Source: a virus (taxonomy: Duplodnaviria; Heunggongvirae; Uroviricota; Caudoviricetes). From it: a stretch of 64,000 nucleotides of DNA. The DNA is taken from positions 238,446-302,445 of IMG/VR virus record IMGVR_UViG_3300028833_000055; one strand, written 5' to 3'. Shown piece by piece: positions 8,863 to 18,195 of this stretch. The notes below the pieces were generated by a model that worked only from the letters and a program-made list of their open reading frames with translations, had not been told where the DNA came from and ran no database searches. Within the stretch, counting starts at the first letter, position 1. Each line of letters starts with the position of its first letter. The position numbers were made by a program, and so were the translations under genes.

Positions 8863-9375
8863 TTATTCTACTACGTTTACTTGACAGCTCTTCATAACTT
8901 CGAGAGCGGCGTTGTGCCTGATGAGTGTTGTACCCGAGCATCCGTTGGCGAGAACGGTAACTTTGAGTTCGGGAAAGATGGACTTGACCATAAGCACATT
9001 GGATACGATACAGATATCCGTACAAGTGCCTACAAAGACGGCCTCGTCACAATCTTCGAGTTCAAGAGTCCACCCTACATATCCGAATGTATCCTTAAAG
9101 ACCGTATTGCCGATGTTGGAGTATGGTTTCAGTTCATCCACTATCTCCCAGCCTTCCGTCTTATGGATGCAATGTTTCACCGGAAGGTTCTTCCCCTCCT
9201 GTGTGTCGAGATAATTCTCGAAGTGTGTGTCCTTTGTGAAAATGATTTTTGAATAATTTCCCGATTCGATTTCAGACTTGATAAACGGGATGGTTTTTAA
9301 TGCAGCCGGATTTGTGAGAGAACCCGTAACGAAGTCGTTCTGCATATCAACGACTATAAGTGCTTTGTTTGACAT
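8863..9375 (-). CDS. pncA: Nicotinamidase (isochorismatase family)
   Basis: ALIVVDMQNDFV.GSL, TKDTH, KHC, FKDTFG, VGTCTDICIVSN; start taken at MSNKAL. Confidence 0.9.
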   Translation of the reverse strand: MSNKALIVVDMQNDFVTGSLTNPAALKTIPFIKSEIESGNYSKIIFTKDTHFENYLDTQEGKNLPVKHCIHKTEGWEIVDELKPYSNIGNTVFKDTFGYVGWTLELEDCDEAVFVGTCTDICIVSNVLMVKSIFPELKVTVLANGCSGTTLIRHNAALEVMKSCQVNVVE

Positions 9376-9477
9376 AACTATATAAGTTTTGGTTATTACT
9401 AAGTAGTTTCGGAACATCATCCAGACCTTATGGCGGTAATATATACCGCCGGTCGGACTTATCTCCTTGTTACCAAT

Positions 9478-9828
9478 TTATTTATTCTTCTTGTGCCAGA
9501 ATTCTATGAATCCGTTTTTGCTCTGCTGTTCGAGAAGCGAAACATACGCCTTGAATGTTTCAAACGGTTCGTATGTGAACTCCATCTTTCCGGTCTTTCT
9601 GTCCATAATGGACGATACGACCATATTCGGGTTTCTCTTGTCGAGTGAAATCCAGTCGTTGGAGTTTCCACGATATGCACGTTTCCCTTTTCTTATGTGA
9701 GAGACGAACTCCTCTGCGGTTCTGAAATGATATTCGTTGAAGTGCTCGATGTCGTTTTTCTTCTCGTTCTTCAACATCTTTCTCACATTCTGTCTTGACT
9801 TTTCGTCCATCATTGAAAAAATATCCAT
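9478..9828 (-). CDS. Hypothetical early protein
   Basis: Directly downstream of the TATCTTTG box at about 9855; first gene of the NAD transcription unit. Confidence 0.6.
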   Translation of the reverse strand: MDIFSMMDEKSRQNVRKMLKNEKKNDIEHFNEYHFRTAEEFVSHIRKGKRAYRGNSNDWISLDKRNPNMVVSSIMDRKTGKMEFTYEPFETFKAYVSLLEQQSKNGFIEFWHKKNK

Positions 9829-9888
9829 CTTTTTATTCTTTTAAAATTACATTACAAAGATACTATATTTTTTCAATAAAATAAAAAA

Positions 9889-10170
9889 TTATTCGAAAAC
9901 TTTACCTGTGCTTGTGGAAGACGTGAAGGTAAGGTCTCCCGTGTCCGTGATATTCTTCCCGAAGAAACATTCCTTGCATTTTTCCGGATTGCAGATTGCA
10001 CAGTAGTTCTGTATTCCGATGCACCAGTTGTACTCGAGGTTGTTCTTCATTTCCTTCTCGTCGTGCTCGGAAAGTTGCATATCCCTCAATACGAGCATCT
10101 TGGCGAGTTCTTCCTTGTTGAAGAGCTTCATATAGACTTCAACCTGTCTGTTAAAATCAATCGTGTCCAT
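9889..10170 (-). CDS. Hypothetical Cys-containing protein
   Basis: 93 aa; C..C...C..C cluster; operon tiling. Confidence 0.5.
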   Translation of the reverse strand: MDTIDFNRQVEVYMKLFNKEELAKMLVLRDMQLSEHDEKEMKNNLEYNWCIGIQNYCAICNPEKCKECFFGKNITDTGDLTFTSSTSTGKVFE

Positions 10171-10366
10171 TTTTCTTTATCCTTTTGTTTATTTTTCTTT
10201 TCAGTCTTTTTTCCACCATCTTCAATGGCAGAATGATAATATACGGAAGCCAAGTCGGGATTGTCATCAGGACCAGACTTGTCACGGACCAGTCCGTGAC
10301 ACCGGTACACCACACCGTAAGGAGTGTGAGCTGGATGACCAGATATGTCCATAAACTTTTCCTCAT
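10157..10366 (-). CDS. Small membrane protein
   Basis: Two hydrophobic segments, basic C-terminus. Confidence 0.5.
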   Translation of the reverse strand: MRKSLWTYLVIQLTLLTVWCTGVTDWSVTSLVLMTIPTWLPYIIILPLKMVEKRLKRKINKRIKKNGHD

Positions 10367-10665
10367 TACGAAAGCATCATTGAAAATTCCTTGAAATTAC
10401 TTACTCCGATGGTGGTCTTGAGTTCATCGTTTTCAAAAATGTTGAAGAACATAATGCTGTCGTCACAGACATCGCTGTCATCGACATTACCTCCGAGACC
10501 GATGTATTCGATTGCAACCACCGACTTGTTCTCCTTTCTCGTAACATTTCCGTTGACATTCATAGTGGTGTATGAAACATTTTCAAGAGTGAACTTGTCT
10601 TCACTCTCCTTTTTGAAACCCCTTGATTCGAGTTCCTTCTTTATGTTTTCAAGTTCGTTTTTCAT
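10366..10665 (-). CDS. Hypothetical early protein
   Basis: Downstream of the promoter box at 10687. Confidence 0.6.
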   Translation of the reverse strand: MKNELENIKKELESRGFKKESEDKFTLENVSYTTMNVNGNVTRKENKSVVAIEYIGLGGNVDDSDVCDDSIMFFNIFENDELKTTIGVSNFKEFSMMLS

Positions 10666-10697
10666 CTTCGGTATTCTTATGTTTTACAAAGATACTA

Positions 10698-11078
10698 TTA
10701 TTTTTCAAAAAAATATCTCGGAGACGACATACGGACGTTGTAGTTCGCCTCAAGGAACATTTCCTTCGCCTCGTCCATATTGTCTATCAGTATGCAGTTC
10801 AACATAAGACGGAGACTGTCAATCACCTGGTTGAACATACCGTCATAGTCACCTGACCATCCGTTGCAGGGGATGTTGAACACTTCCTTTCTTCCGTAGA
10901 AATTGACTCTGATTTCATACAGTCTGCTGTTGTAGGAATCCACATCATATGCATCATATGTCCGAGTCGATGGGTGGTCAAACTCTTCAATGTGATTTTT
11001 CCACCTAACGGCTTCCCTGTCAAGTCTTTCTATCGAGAGTATTCTTACTCCGTAATTTTTTTCGTCCATATCATTCAA
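10698..11078 (-). CDS. Hypothetical protein
   Basis: 126 aa ORF; divergent from the late cluster. Confidence 0.55.
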   Translation of the reverse strand: MNDMDEKNYGVRILSIERLDREAVRWKNHIEEFDHPSTRTYDAYDVDSYNSRLYEIRVNFYGRKEVFNIPCNGWSGDYDGMFNQVIDSLRLMLNCILIDNMDEAKEMFLEANYNVRMSSPRYFFEK

Positions 11079-11182
11079 TTAAATTACCTGAAATAAACAT
11101 AACAAAAATTCTGGCTCATTTGTAATATCATATAAATATATTTGAAAAGAAAGAAAAGTTCTTTCTCCTTTTTCTTAGAAAA

Positions 11183-11190
11183 CATAAATA
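11183..11190 (+). promoter_or_regulatory. T4-like late promoter box CATAAATA
   Basis: Same box at 16155, 18977, 23073, 26228 and 28194 (+), at 3848, 34447 and 50128 (-), and TATAAATA at 11131 and 53556. Confidence 0.65.
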
Positions 11191-11213
11191 AAGATAGAAA
11201 AATATTTTTAGAA

Positions 11214-11738
11214 ATGTCTTCTATTAGAAGGAACGATACTTATGAATACAGAAAGAATGTCGTAAGACCCAATCTCAATGTTAACCTCGTTGAAATAGGA
11301 CTCTGTACGGAGAATGTTCTCTTGAACCAGTTGAAGAAACCTTTCAACGGAAGATTCTATTTCACAACGGACACACACAGGTTCTTCTACGATTTTGACG
11401 ACAAGAGGTGTGAATTGTTTCTCTTCGGAGAAGGAGGGGGTGGTATACCGGTTGACTTGAAGGATTATGCAAAGAAAAAGGATATACCCACAAAGGTCAG
11501 TCAGCTTGTCAATGACGCAAAGTATCTCAAAGTGACAACACTTAAGAATTTTCTTGACACCAACGAATATGTCACGAAGGAAATGCTTCTCCAAAGTCTT
11601 TCACAATATGTGAAGCAGTCCGATTTCGAAAATCTTTCAAACGAGGTTTCATCGTTGGTGGATACGATAAATGATGTGAGCGACAGAATAAACGAACTCG
11701 AAGAGAATGAACACTGGGACGAGTTCAATAGAAACTGA
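11214..11738 (+). CDS. Virion fibre-associated protein
   Basis: Start revised to ATG 11214 (MSSIRR) after the late box; GRFYFTTDT head motif, IPTKVSQLVNDAKY fibre motif, short coiled coil, ends HWDEFNRN. Confidence 0.65.
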   Translation: MSSIRRNDTYEYRKNVVRPNLNVNLVEIGLCTENVLLNQLKKPFNGRFYFTTDTHRFFYDFDDKRCELFLFGEGGGGIPVDLKDYAKKKDIPTKVSQLVNDAKYLKVTTLKNFLDTNEYVTKEMLLQSLSQYVKQSDFENLSNEVSSLVDTINDVSDRINELEENEHWDEFNRN

Positions 11739-11759
11739 TACAAGAATAAAACTATATAA

Positions 11760-12434
11760 ATGGCAGTTAACAATGCTTTGAGATTTTACAAGGGATGGTA
11801 CGGAAAAGGTAGCGGTCGTCATCTGCCAAGAATATCTCATGCCATAATCTTCAACGAGGAGGAGGGTATCATTTATGTCAACGGAAAAAGTTATGCCGGT
11901 GCTTCCGATGTGAATTTCAGCAACGGTGTGTTGACAATCACCTACTCCGACGGAAGAAATTCCGTGAGCCTTGACTTCAATGACACCGCAAGCGCCACAG
12001 CGGTTTTCAGTGTCATTGAAAGGATAGAAGGTCTTATCGGTCAAAGTGTCACCGATTCGGACAGTGATGGCAGTGTCGATTATTCGGGTACGAACTATCT
12101 TGGAAACCAGACCACCCTGATAGGTGCAGATGTTACATTGGACTGGAAACTCAAAGAAGTTGAAGACAAGGTAACTCTCGGCGCCAATGTCACCTTCGAT
12201 GTTTCCAATCACGACCTTTCGGTGGAAAACGAGAACGGTATAGTTTTCGGAACGGATGTTTCGTCATTCAAGGATTATGTAAAATCAAAGAGTGTATCTA
12301 TAACCAACTCCAATGGAAGCAACGATGCGATTTCCATAACGGAGAGTGTCAATGATGATGGAAGCAAAAACTATGACATAAATCTTCTCTGGTCGGAATG
12401 GAGTGGAAATTCACAACAGAATGAAGGGGAGTAA
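11760..12434 (+). CDS. Fibre-family virion protein
   Basis: N-terminal domain paralogous to 12462 (LRFY..., AIIF....IYVNG...VLTITYSDG...LDF); DYSGTNYL; ends LLWSEW. Confidence 0.7.
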   Translation: MAVNNALRFYKGWYGKGSGRHLPRISHAIIFNEEEGIIYVNGKSYAGASDVNFSNGVLTITYSDGRNSVSLDFNDTASATAVFSVIERIEGLIGQSVTDSDSDGSVDYSGTNYLGNQTTLIGADVTLDWKLKEVEDKVTLGANVTFDVSNHDLSVENENGIVFGTDVSSFKDYVKSKSVSITNSNGSNDAISITESVNDDGSKNYDINLLWSEWSGNSQQNEGE

Positions 12435-12461
12435 CAATAATATAAAATAACAATATATAAA

Positions 12462-14486
12462 ATGGCAACAACAACAGGAATTAAATTTTACGCCGGTAGT
12501 TATGGTAGAAGCAACTCTTTAACAAAGGCAACCGGTGGTGCTATCGTATTTGACAAAACTACACATTCGTTGTTCGTAGACGGTGTGCAGTTCGGTGGTA
12601 ACATTGCAGATGCTACATTTGCAAACAATGTATTGACTATCACGAAGGCCGATGGTACAACACAAATCCGACTTGATTTCTCTGACCTCGCCACCACATC
12701 TTCTGTTATGGCGGTTTTTAGAGAGATTAAAGATGAACTTGATAATATTGAAACCGCAATAGGAAATGTTGATGGTTCGGATGCTGGATGGCAAGGTTAT
12801 TCGGGTACAAATTATCTTGATGATGCAACCTCTTTGTCAAACGCAGATACTTTGTTGGACACACAAATCAAGAGTTTGGCAGATACTGTTGATGGTTTGG
12901 ATACCGGTGTTTCAGATGTTAAGATAAATAACACATCAATTAATAGCAGCGGTGTCGCCAACATCGCTGTTGATGGTGAGTATAATGCTTCTACAAACAA
13001 GATTGCAACTAAATCAACAGTTTCTGATGCAATCGAGGCTTTGGATGTTTCATCCGATAAGGGTGCTGCTTCAATAAGTGGTTCGACTATCACTATAAAG
13101 GCAATACAGCAAGAAGACGGTTTGATTAAGGATGGTGGTACGACTACTATAAACCTTGATGGTACTTATGATGCAACGGACAACAAGATTGCAACTAAAT
13201 CAACAGTTTCTGGTGCAATCGACACATTTGAGAGTGGTTTGACTGGTACTGCAACCATCGCTTCAAAGAGTGGTGATGTTGTTACAATCAAGACTGGTGT
13301 TACAGAAGCAGCCGGTAAGATTTCAAACGATTCCGGTACAGACATCGTTCTTGAAGAGGTCGCTGTAACCGGTGCTGCTGAAGATGTTTCAATAGCAGAT
13401 TCCGGTAATCTCATCACTGCAACGACAGTTGAAGGCGCTTTGCAAGAACTTGCAACATCTATTGAAGACAACGAAATCACAATTGCTTCCGGTGAGAAGA
13501 TTATCTCAAAGAGTGCAGGTAACGAACTCTCAACAACACTTACAATGGTTGTTGAAAAACAAGGTGAAGCAGGAAACCAGAAAGACTATATCGTTTTGAA
13601 AGGTATCAATGGTGCCGAAATCACAAAGGTTGACGCCACAGATTTCTTGAAAGACGGTATGCTCTCAAACGCTGAATTGGTTACTGAGGCAGAGCAAGAT
13701 GTTTCAACAACGGCTCCTTATATCAAACTTACATTCAACACAGACGCCGGTCAGCAGGATATTCGCTTCTCTGTTTCTTCTTTGGTTGATACTTACACAA
13801 GTGGTGATGCAACCGCTTTGACAGTAAACAAATACACAATCACACCTAACACTGGTGCAGTTGCAGAGAATGCTGGTACATTGACAACCGGTGGTCAGGT
13901 TTATACAGCCATTGCAGCAACAAAGGGTCAAGACCTTCAGAACATCGCTGGTGAGACTGCAACCACACAAGGTGACTACATCAATGTTAAGGTTACTGCT
14001 ACAAAGGGTGTAAACGATAACAACTACACACTCTCAACAACTTCAAACGTAACTACACATACCGTGTCGGATGCAACCGATAGTAATAACGGTCTTGCAA
14101 CTGCAAAGGATGTCAAGGATTATGTTGATACAAAGGTCGGTACAGCAGTCCAGAGTGTTGATGGTTCAACAGCAGAAAAGGGAAAGAGTGTTTCACAGAG
14201 CGACTATGCAACCGTCAAGGTTAGTGCAACAACAGACTCTTCAAACAATGTAACTCTTGACAGTGCAGTTGGTTTGACAGTTCAGGCCGTTGGTACAGCA
14301 GACAACTCACATATGGGTCTTGCAGAGGCATCTAACGTCAGGGCTTATGTTGATGCTCACACAGCAAATGTTACAAATAATGGTGCAACGATTCCAGTAA
14401 ATGGCTCAGATGCAACAACTCTTGCAACCGTTGATAGTACCGCTATCACTGCAAAGGTAAGTTTCACTTGGGAGGAATACAGCTAA
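12462..14486 (+). CDS. Long Ser/Thr/Ala/Gly-rich fibre protein
   Basis: 674 aa; repeated DG(E/T)Y(N/D)AxxNKIATKSTV; KDGMLSNAEL, NGLATAKDVKDYV motifs; ends FTWEEYS. Confidence 0.75.
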   Translation: MATTTGIKFYAGSYGRSNSLTKATGGAIVFDKTTHSLFVDGVQFGGNIADATFANNVLTITKADGTTQIRLDFSDLATTSSVMAVFREIKDELDNIETAIGNVDGSDAGWQGYSGTNYLDDATSLSNADTLLDTQIKSLADTVDGLDTGVSDVKINNTSINSSGVANIAVDGEYNASTNKIATKSTVSDAIEALDVSSDKGAASISGSTITIKAIQQEDGLIKDGGTTTINLDGTYDATDNKIATKSTVSGAIDTFESGLTGTATIASKSGDVVTIKTGVTEAAGKISNDSGTDIVLEEVAVTGAAEDVSIADSGNLITATTVEGALQELATSIEDNEITIASGEKIISKSAGNELSTTLTMVVEKQGEAGNQKDYIVLKGINGAEITKVDATDFLKDGMLSNAELVTEAEQDVSTTAPYIKLTFNTDAGQQDIRFSVSSLVDTYTSGDATALTVNKYTITPNTGAVAENAGTLTTGGQVYTAIAATKGQDLQNIAGETATTQGDYINVKVTATKGVNDNNYTLSTTSNVTTHTVSDATDSNNGLATAKDVKDYVDTKVGTAVQSVDGSTAEKGKSVSQSDYATVKVSATTDSSNNVTLDSAVGLTVQAVGTADNSHMGLAEASNVRAYVDAHTANVTNNGATIPVNGSDATTLATVDSTAITAKVSFTWEEYS

Positions 14487-14496
14487 AAACACATTT

Positions 14497-14520
14497 CATC
14501 GGGAGGTCATCCTCCCGATG
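14497..14520 (+). terminator. Stem-loop (terminator or RNA-processing site)
   Basis: CATCGGGAGG-tcat-CCTCCCGATG perfect 10-bp stem. Confidence 0.55.
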
Positions 14521-14559
14521 ATTCATATAAGAAGAAATACAATATAAAAAATTAAATAT

Positions 14560-15432
14560 ATGAGCACTAAGTACAAAATGAGATATGGACAATATACCTC
14601 CGAAGAGGCTAAACGATTGTCTATCGATTATTTGGGAACCGTCGTATATTCGGGCAGAACCCGTGAAATATGGGTTGACGGCAAATGTATCGCCGCAAAC
14701 TTTTCACAGTCGGTTGAAGACCTCAGGGCCTATGTGGACGAACAAATCGCAAAGATACTCGGAAGCGAAGGACTTGAAAAGACCCTCGACACCATAAAGG
14801 AAATACAGGACGAACTTCTGAAGAATATAAACTACACCGTCGCTCACGACCTGGGAAACAGTGAAGTTGAATATGTATCCGTAATAAGGGAAGAGTATGA
14901 AGGCAGTGAGGATGTCGCCGCTGTTTACAGGGACGAGGAACTCAATGTTGTAGCCACCGAAGACAAGGACGGAAACATAGTTTATGAAGAAGGTTACGGT
15001 GAACTTGAAAGGGAGAATGTCATCGATGCCCTTATGGAAAAAATCAACGAGAATAAGAATCAAATCGACATTCTCAAGAGCAAGGGTTTCGTAGCAAACA
15101 TTTCAAGTGATGAAAGTGGTTTGGTAACAACCGAAGTGGAAGAGACTACCGATGAAGACGGAGTTGACAGCAAGAACTATACAATCGGAGTGAAGGTCGG
15201 TAATTTCAAGACCGGTCGTGGTGATGTTCTCAATCCGGAGTCAACCGCTTACACAAACGGTATCGCCACTGTGAAGGATGTTCAGGATTATATCGAGGAA
15301 AGAATGGTTTGGGACGAGTTTGTTTCAAGTGCAGACGATATCGCAGACGCTATAAACAACACTTCGGATTCCGATTCCGACTATGATATCCAGAATGACG
15401 CCGAACTCGACGACAATATGATATTCGGATAA
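14560..15432 (+). CDS. Acidic fibre-family protein
   Basis: LDTIKEIQDEL fibre motif; NGIATVKDVQDYI; MVWDEF. Confidence 0.65.
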   Translation: MSTKYKMRYGQYTSEEAKRLSIDYLGTVVYSGRTREIWVDGKCIAANFSQSVEDLRAYVDEQIAKILGSEGLEKTLDTIKEIQDELLKNINYTVAHDLGNSEVEYVSVIREEYEGSEDVAAVYRDEELNVVATEDKDGNIVYEEGYGELERENVIDALMEKINENKNQIDILKSKGFVANISSDESGLVTTEVEETTDEDGVDSKNYTIGVKVGNFKTGRGDVLNPESTAYTNGIATVKDVQDYIEERMVWDEFVSSADDIADAINNTSDSDSDYDIQNDAELDDNMIFG

Positions 15433-15454
15433 TAAAAAATAAACCAATACGAAA

Positions 15455-16153
15455 ATGAAACAAGTAGTTATAAATAAGCAGAACATTAAGATAAACTTTG
15501 GCGACAAGGTTTGGTCTACTGATGAAGACTTCAACGGCGGCTGGCCTTGGGGACTTGTCGGAGTTGTAAACGGAATTGAGAATACCGTTACATTCGACGG
15601 TGAAAAGGGCGGTATAGACGTATTTTCGAATTACAAGGGATTCAACTGCTACTCGGACTACCGTATGGCGATTACCGTCGGTTCAAACGGTACTAACGGA
15701 AAGAAGGGACACCTTGTAATAGAAGGTGGCGTGTACAAGTCGCTCGGTAGCCACTGTGTGTATGTTATGAACGGTCTCTGTGAAATAAAGGGAGGTTTCT
15801 TCTTTACGCAGCCTTCGTCCGATACTCCGGTTAAATCGGAAGCCGAAAGGGAGAAATACGGTGAGTGTCGTAACTTCCTCCTTAACCTCTGGGACAAGAA
15901 CGGAAAGAGCGGAGATGCTAAAATAAAAGTGACCGGCGGTTCATTCGTAGGATTCGACCCGGCCGATAACTATTCGGAAGGAAATGGAACGAATTTCGTG
16001 GGTGTTGGATACAAGTCTGTTAAAAACGGAGAATACACATACAGGGTAAAGGATTCTAATAGTAATTACGACAAGGAGCTTGTAACAGTTCCTGTATATA
16101 CCGTGGTTCCTGAAAATGACCCGAGAGATGGTATTTCTGGAATTATCGAATAA
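15455..16153 (+). CDS. Virion-associated beta-rich protein
   Basis: Gly/aromatic-rich (IEGGVY, IKGGFF, VTGGSFVGFDPA), beta-helix-like; inside the late cluster. Confidence 0.5.
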   Translation: MKQVVINKQNIKINFGDKVWSTDEDFNGGWPWGLVGVVNGIENTVTFDGEKGGIDVFSNYKGFNCYSDYRMAITVGSNGTNGKKGHLVIEGGVYKSLGSHCVYVMNGLCEIKGGFFFTQPSSDTPVKSEAEREKYGECRNFLLNLWDKNGKSGDAKIKVTGGSFVGFDPADNYSEGNGTNFVGVGYKSVKNGEYTYRVKDSNSNYDKELVTVPVYTVVPENDPRDGISGIIE

Positions 16154-16188
16154 ACATAAATAAGATATAAAATAAAAATAGAAATAAT

Positions 16189-17943
16189 ATGAACGTTAAA
16201 TTTTATAGACTATCCTCGTTGGTAGCTTGGACTGAAAGTTATAAGGGTATTTTTGTTCATTTGACACAAGAAAGTACCGTAAATACTGTAACATATAAAC
16301 CAGGTTTGTATTTTGGCGGTGAACTTAATTGGGAATACTTGACCAATGACACTGATGTTGCTAACATTCAGTCAATGATTAACAATGCAATCAACGGTTT
16401 GGATGTTACTGGATATGCACAAGGTGGAATCACAACAACTGCTAATAGTGGTGCATCTACAATTACAATCAAGGGTATTCAAGAAGTTGATGGTAAGATT
16501 TCTAATGATTCAAATTCCGATACAACAATATCAGTTGATGGTGAGTATAATGCTTCCACAAACAAGCTCGCTACCCAGAGCACTGTTACCACTGCAATCG
16601 ACGCTTTGGACGGAAGCCATGATGTTGTTACGATAGGTGCTTACAGTCCACAAGACGGTGAAAACGCAACACAGAAAATAGAATTTTTTGATGCAACCCA
16701 AACTAATGGTGTTATATCGACAAATGGAACTGTAAGTGAAACATTGTATTTGTCACAAGCGGTAACGGCTGCTAACCCGATTATTACAAAGGGAGACCTT
16801 TCTGGCATTGTCGGTGCTATGGTTTACAAGGGTACTGTCAGTAGCAATAGCGACCTTCCTACAACTGGTGTTCAGGCTGGTTGGACTTATGTTGTTGCAA
16901 CTGCTGAAACATACGCTGGTCAAGCATGTGAAGTCGGTGATATGATTATTGCCAAAGATAACACACCAACTTGGAACATAATCAGTGGTGAAAATCAAGT
17001 AACGAATGCCGACCCGACTATTGTGGCTGGTGCAGGAACATCATCTACAATAGCTACCGTTGATGGAACGACTATTACTGCAAAGGTTTCGGTAACTGGT
17101 GGTAATGCAACCATCGCTTCCAACAATAATGGTGTCGTTACAATCAAATCTGGTATCACACAGGTTGGTACAAGTGGTACTATCGATAATAGTAACAACG
17201 GTTCAGACATCGTTCTTAAAAAAGTTGCTACAACTGGTGAGGCAGATGATGTGACATATAGCATCGGTCAATCTGGTATCACTCCAACAGAGCAAGATGG
17301 TACAACCGCTACGGTACAAGAAGCCATAACACAGTTGGACAGCAGAATAACAAACGCAAACATCACAATCGATGGATACAAGGGTGCAATCACGACTGGT
17401 GACGGTTTGACAGATGTTGCTGCTGACGGTGGCTCATTCGGTATAAAGATTGACTCGAACAATGCAAATGGTTTGTCTGTTGGTGTTAATGGTATTGCAA
17501 TGGCAAAGGCTACTGGTTCATCATTCGGTACTGTTGAAGTTACCGCTGGAAACGGATTGTCATTAAGTGATGGTGTTGTTTCTTACGCTCACAACACAAA
17601 TGCAATCACGGTTGCAAGCAACAATAATGGTGTTGTAAAAATCAACGGAACATTGACACCAGACGCTTCCGATGCAATTACAGCAAGTAATTCAATCACA
17701 CTTGCAAAGGTTGCTACAACTGGTGCGGCTGCTGATGTATCTTATGCTGGTACCGATAGTGTTACTGGTAGTGAACCCGCAACAGTAGAAGATGCTTTGG
17801 ATGACTTGTATATTAAGGTTAATACACTTCAGTCAACTCATACTGTAGTGGAAGGTTCCAATAGTGTTGATGTTAATAGTGCTACTTCGGGTAATACGAC
17901 TACTTATACTGTTGACTTGGTTTGGCAGGAATCATTGGCATAA
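16189..17943 (+). CDS. Long fibre protein, paralogue of 12462
   Basis: VKFY N-terminus; GAMVYKGTV...GWTYVV...EVGDMIIA module; NGVV(T/K)I...(K/A)KVATTG repeats; ends LVWQESLA. Confidence 0.75.
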   Translation: MNVKFYRLSSLVAWTESYKGIFVHLTQESTVNTVTYKPGLYFGGELNWEYLTNDTDVANIQSMINNAINGLDVTGYAQGGITTTANSGASTITIKGIQEVDGKISNDSNSDTTISVDGEYNASTNKLATQSTVTTAIDALDGSHDVVTIGAYSPQDGENATQKIEFFDATQTNGVISTNGTVSETLYLSQAVTAANPIITKGDLSGIVGAMVYKGTVSSNSDLPTTGVQAGWTYVVATAETYAGQACEVGDMIIAKDNTPTWNIISGENQVTNADPTIVAGAGTSSTIATVDGTTITAKVSVTGGNATIASNNNGVVTIKSGITQVGTSGTIDNSNNGSDIVLKKVATTGEADDVTYSIGQSGITPTEQDGTTATVQEAITQLDSRITNANITIDGYKGAITTGDGLTDVAADGGSFGIKIDSNNANGLSVGVNGIAMAKATGSSFGTVEVTAGNGLSLSDGVVSYAHNTNAITVASNNNGVVKINGTLTPDASDAITASNSITLAKVATTGAAADVSYAGTDSVTGSEPATVEDALDDLYIKVNTLQSTHTVVEGSNSVDVNSATSGNTTTYTVDLVWQESLA

Positions 17944-17957
17944 TCGAAACAATATGC

Positions 17958-17995
17958 AAAAAAAAAAGAGTTCCAATCGGAACTCTTTTTTTTTT
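17958..17995. terminator. Bidirectional terminator between convergent genes
   Basis: A10-GAGTTCC-aatc-GGAACTC-T10. Confidence 0.8.
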
Positions 17996-17997
17996 GA

Positions 17998-18192
17998 CTA
18001 TTCGTCATCCGTTTTCATAAATTCAAAATCGAGGAAGTCAAATACGTATTCCATATAGGGAAACTCCTTCTTCAGTCTCTGTAAAAGGTTGAAGGCGGTG
18101 TATTCGTCGTTTATGCTTCCGCTGTCCACTCCCACCTTTATCGCTTCCGCTATCACTATCGCTTCCTCTTCACTGATGTCAATCTTGGCCAT
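17998..18192 (-). CDS. Hypothetical small protein
   Basis: 64 aa; tiled behind 18196. Confidence 0.5.
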   Translation of the reverse strand: MAKIDISEEEAIVIAEAIKVGVDSGSINDEYTAFNLLQRLKKEFPYMEYVFDFLDFEFMKTDDE

Positions 18193-18195
18193 ACT

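Noticed and set aside
8863-9420. Longer pncA start (MMFRNY...)
   Set aside because: The nicotinamidase fold begins at MSNKALIVVD; the extension is AT-rich leader sequence.
9430-9450. GGCGGTA-atata-TACCGCC hairpin as a terminator splitting the NAD operon from its promoter
   Set aside because: There is no U-tract on the minus strand; it is more likely a stabilising or processing stem, so it was not called a terminator.
12960-17760. Diversity-generating retroelement TR/VR pair among fibre repeats
   Set aside because: Differences between copies are not confined to adenines, both copies are coding, and there is no reverse transcriptase in the window.
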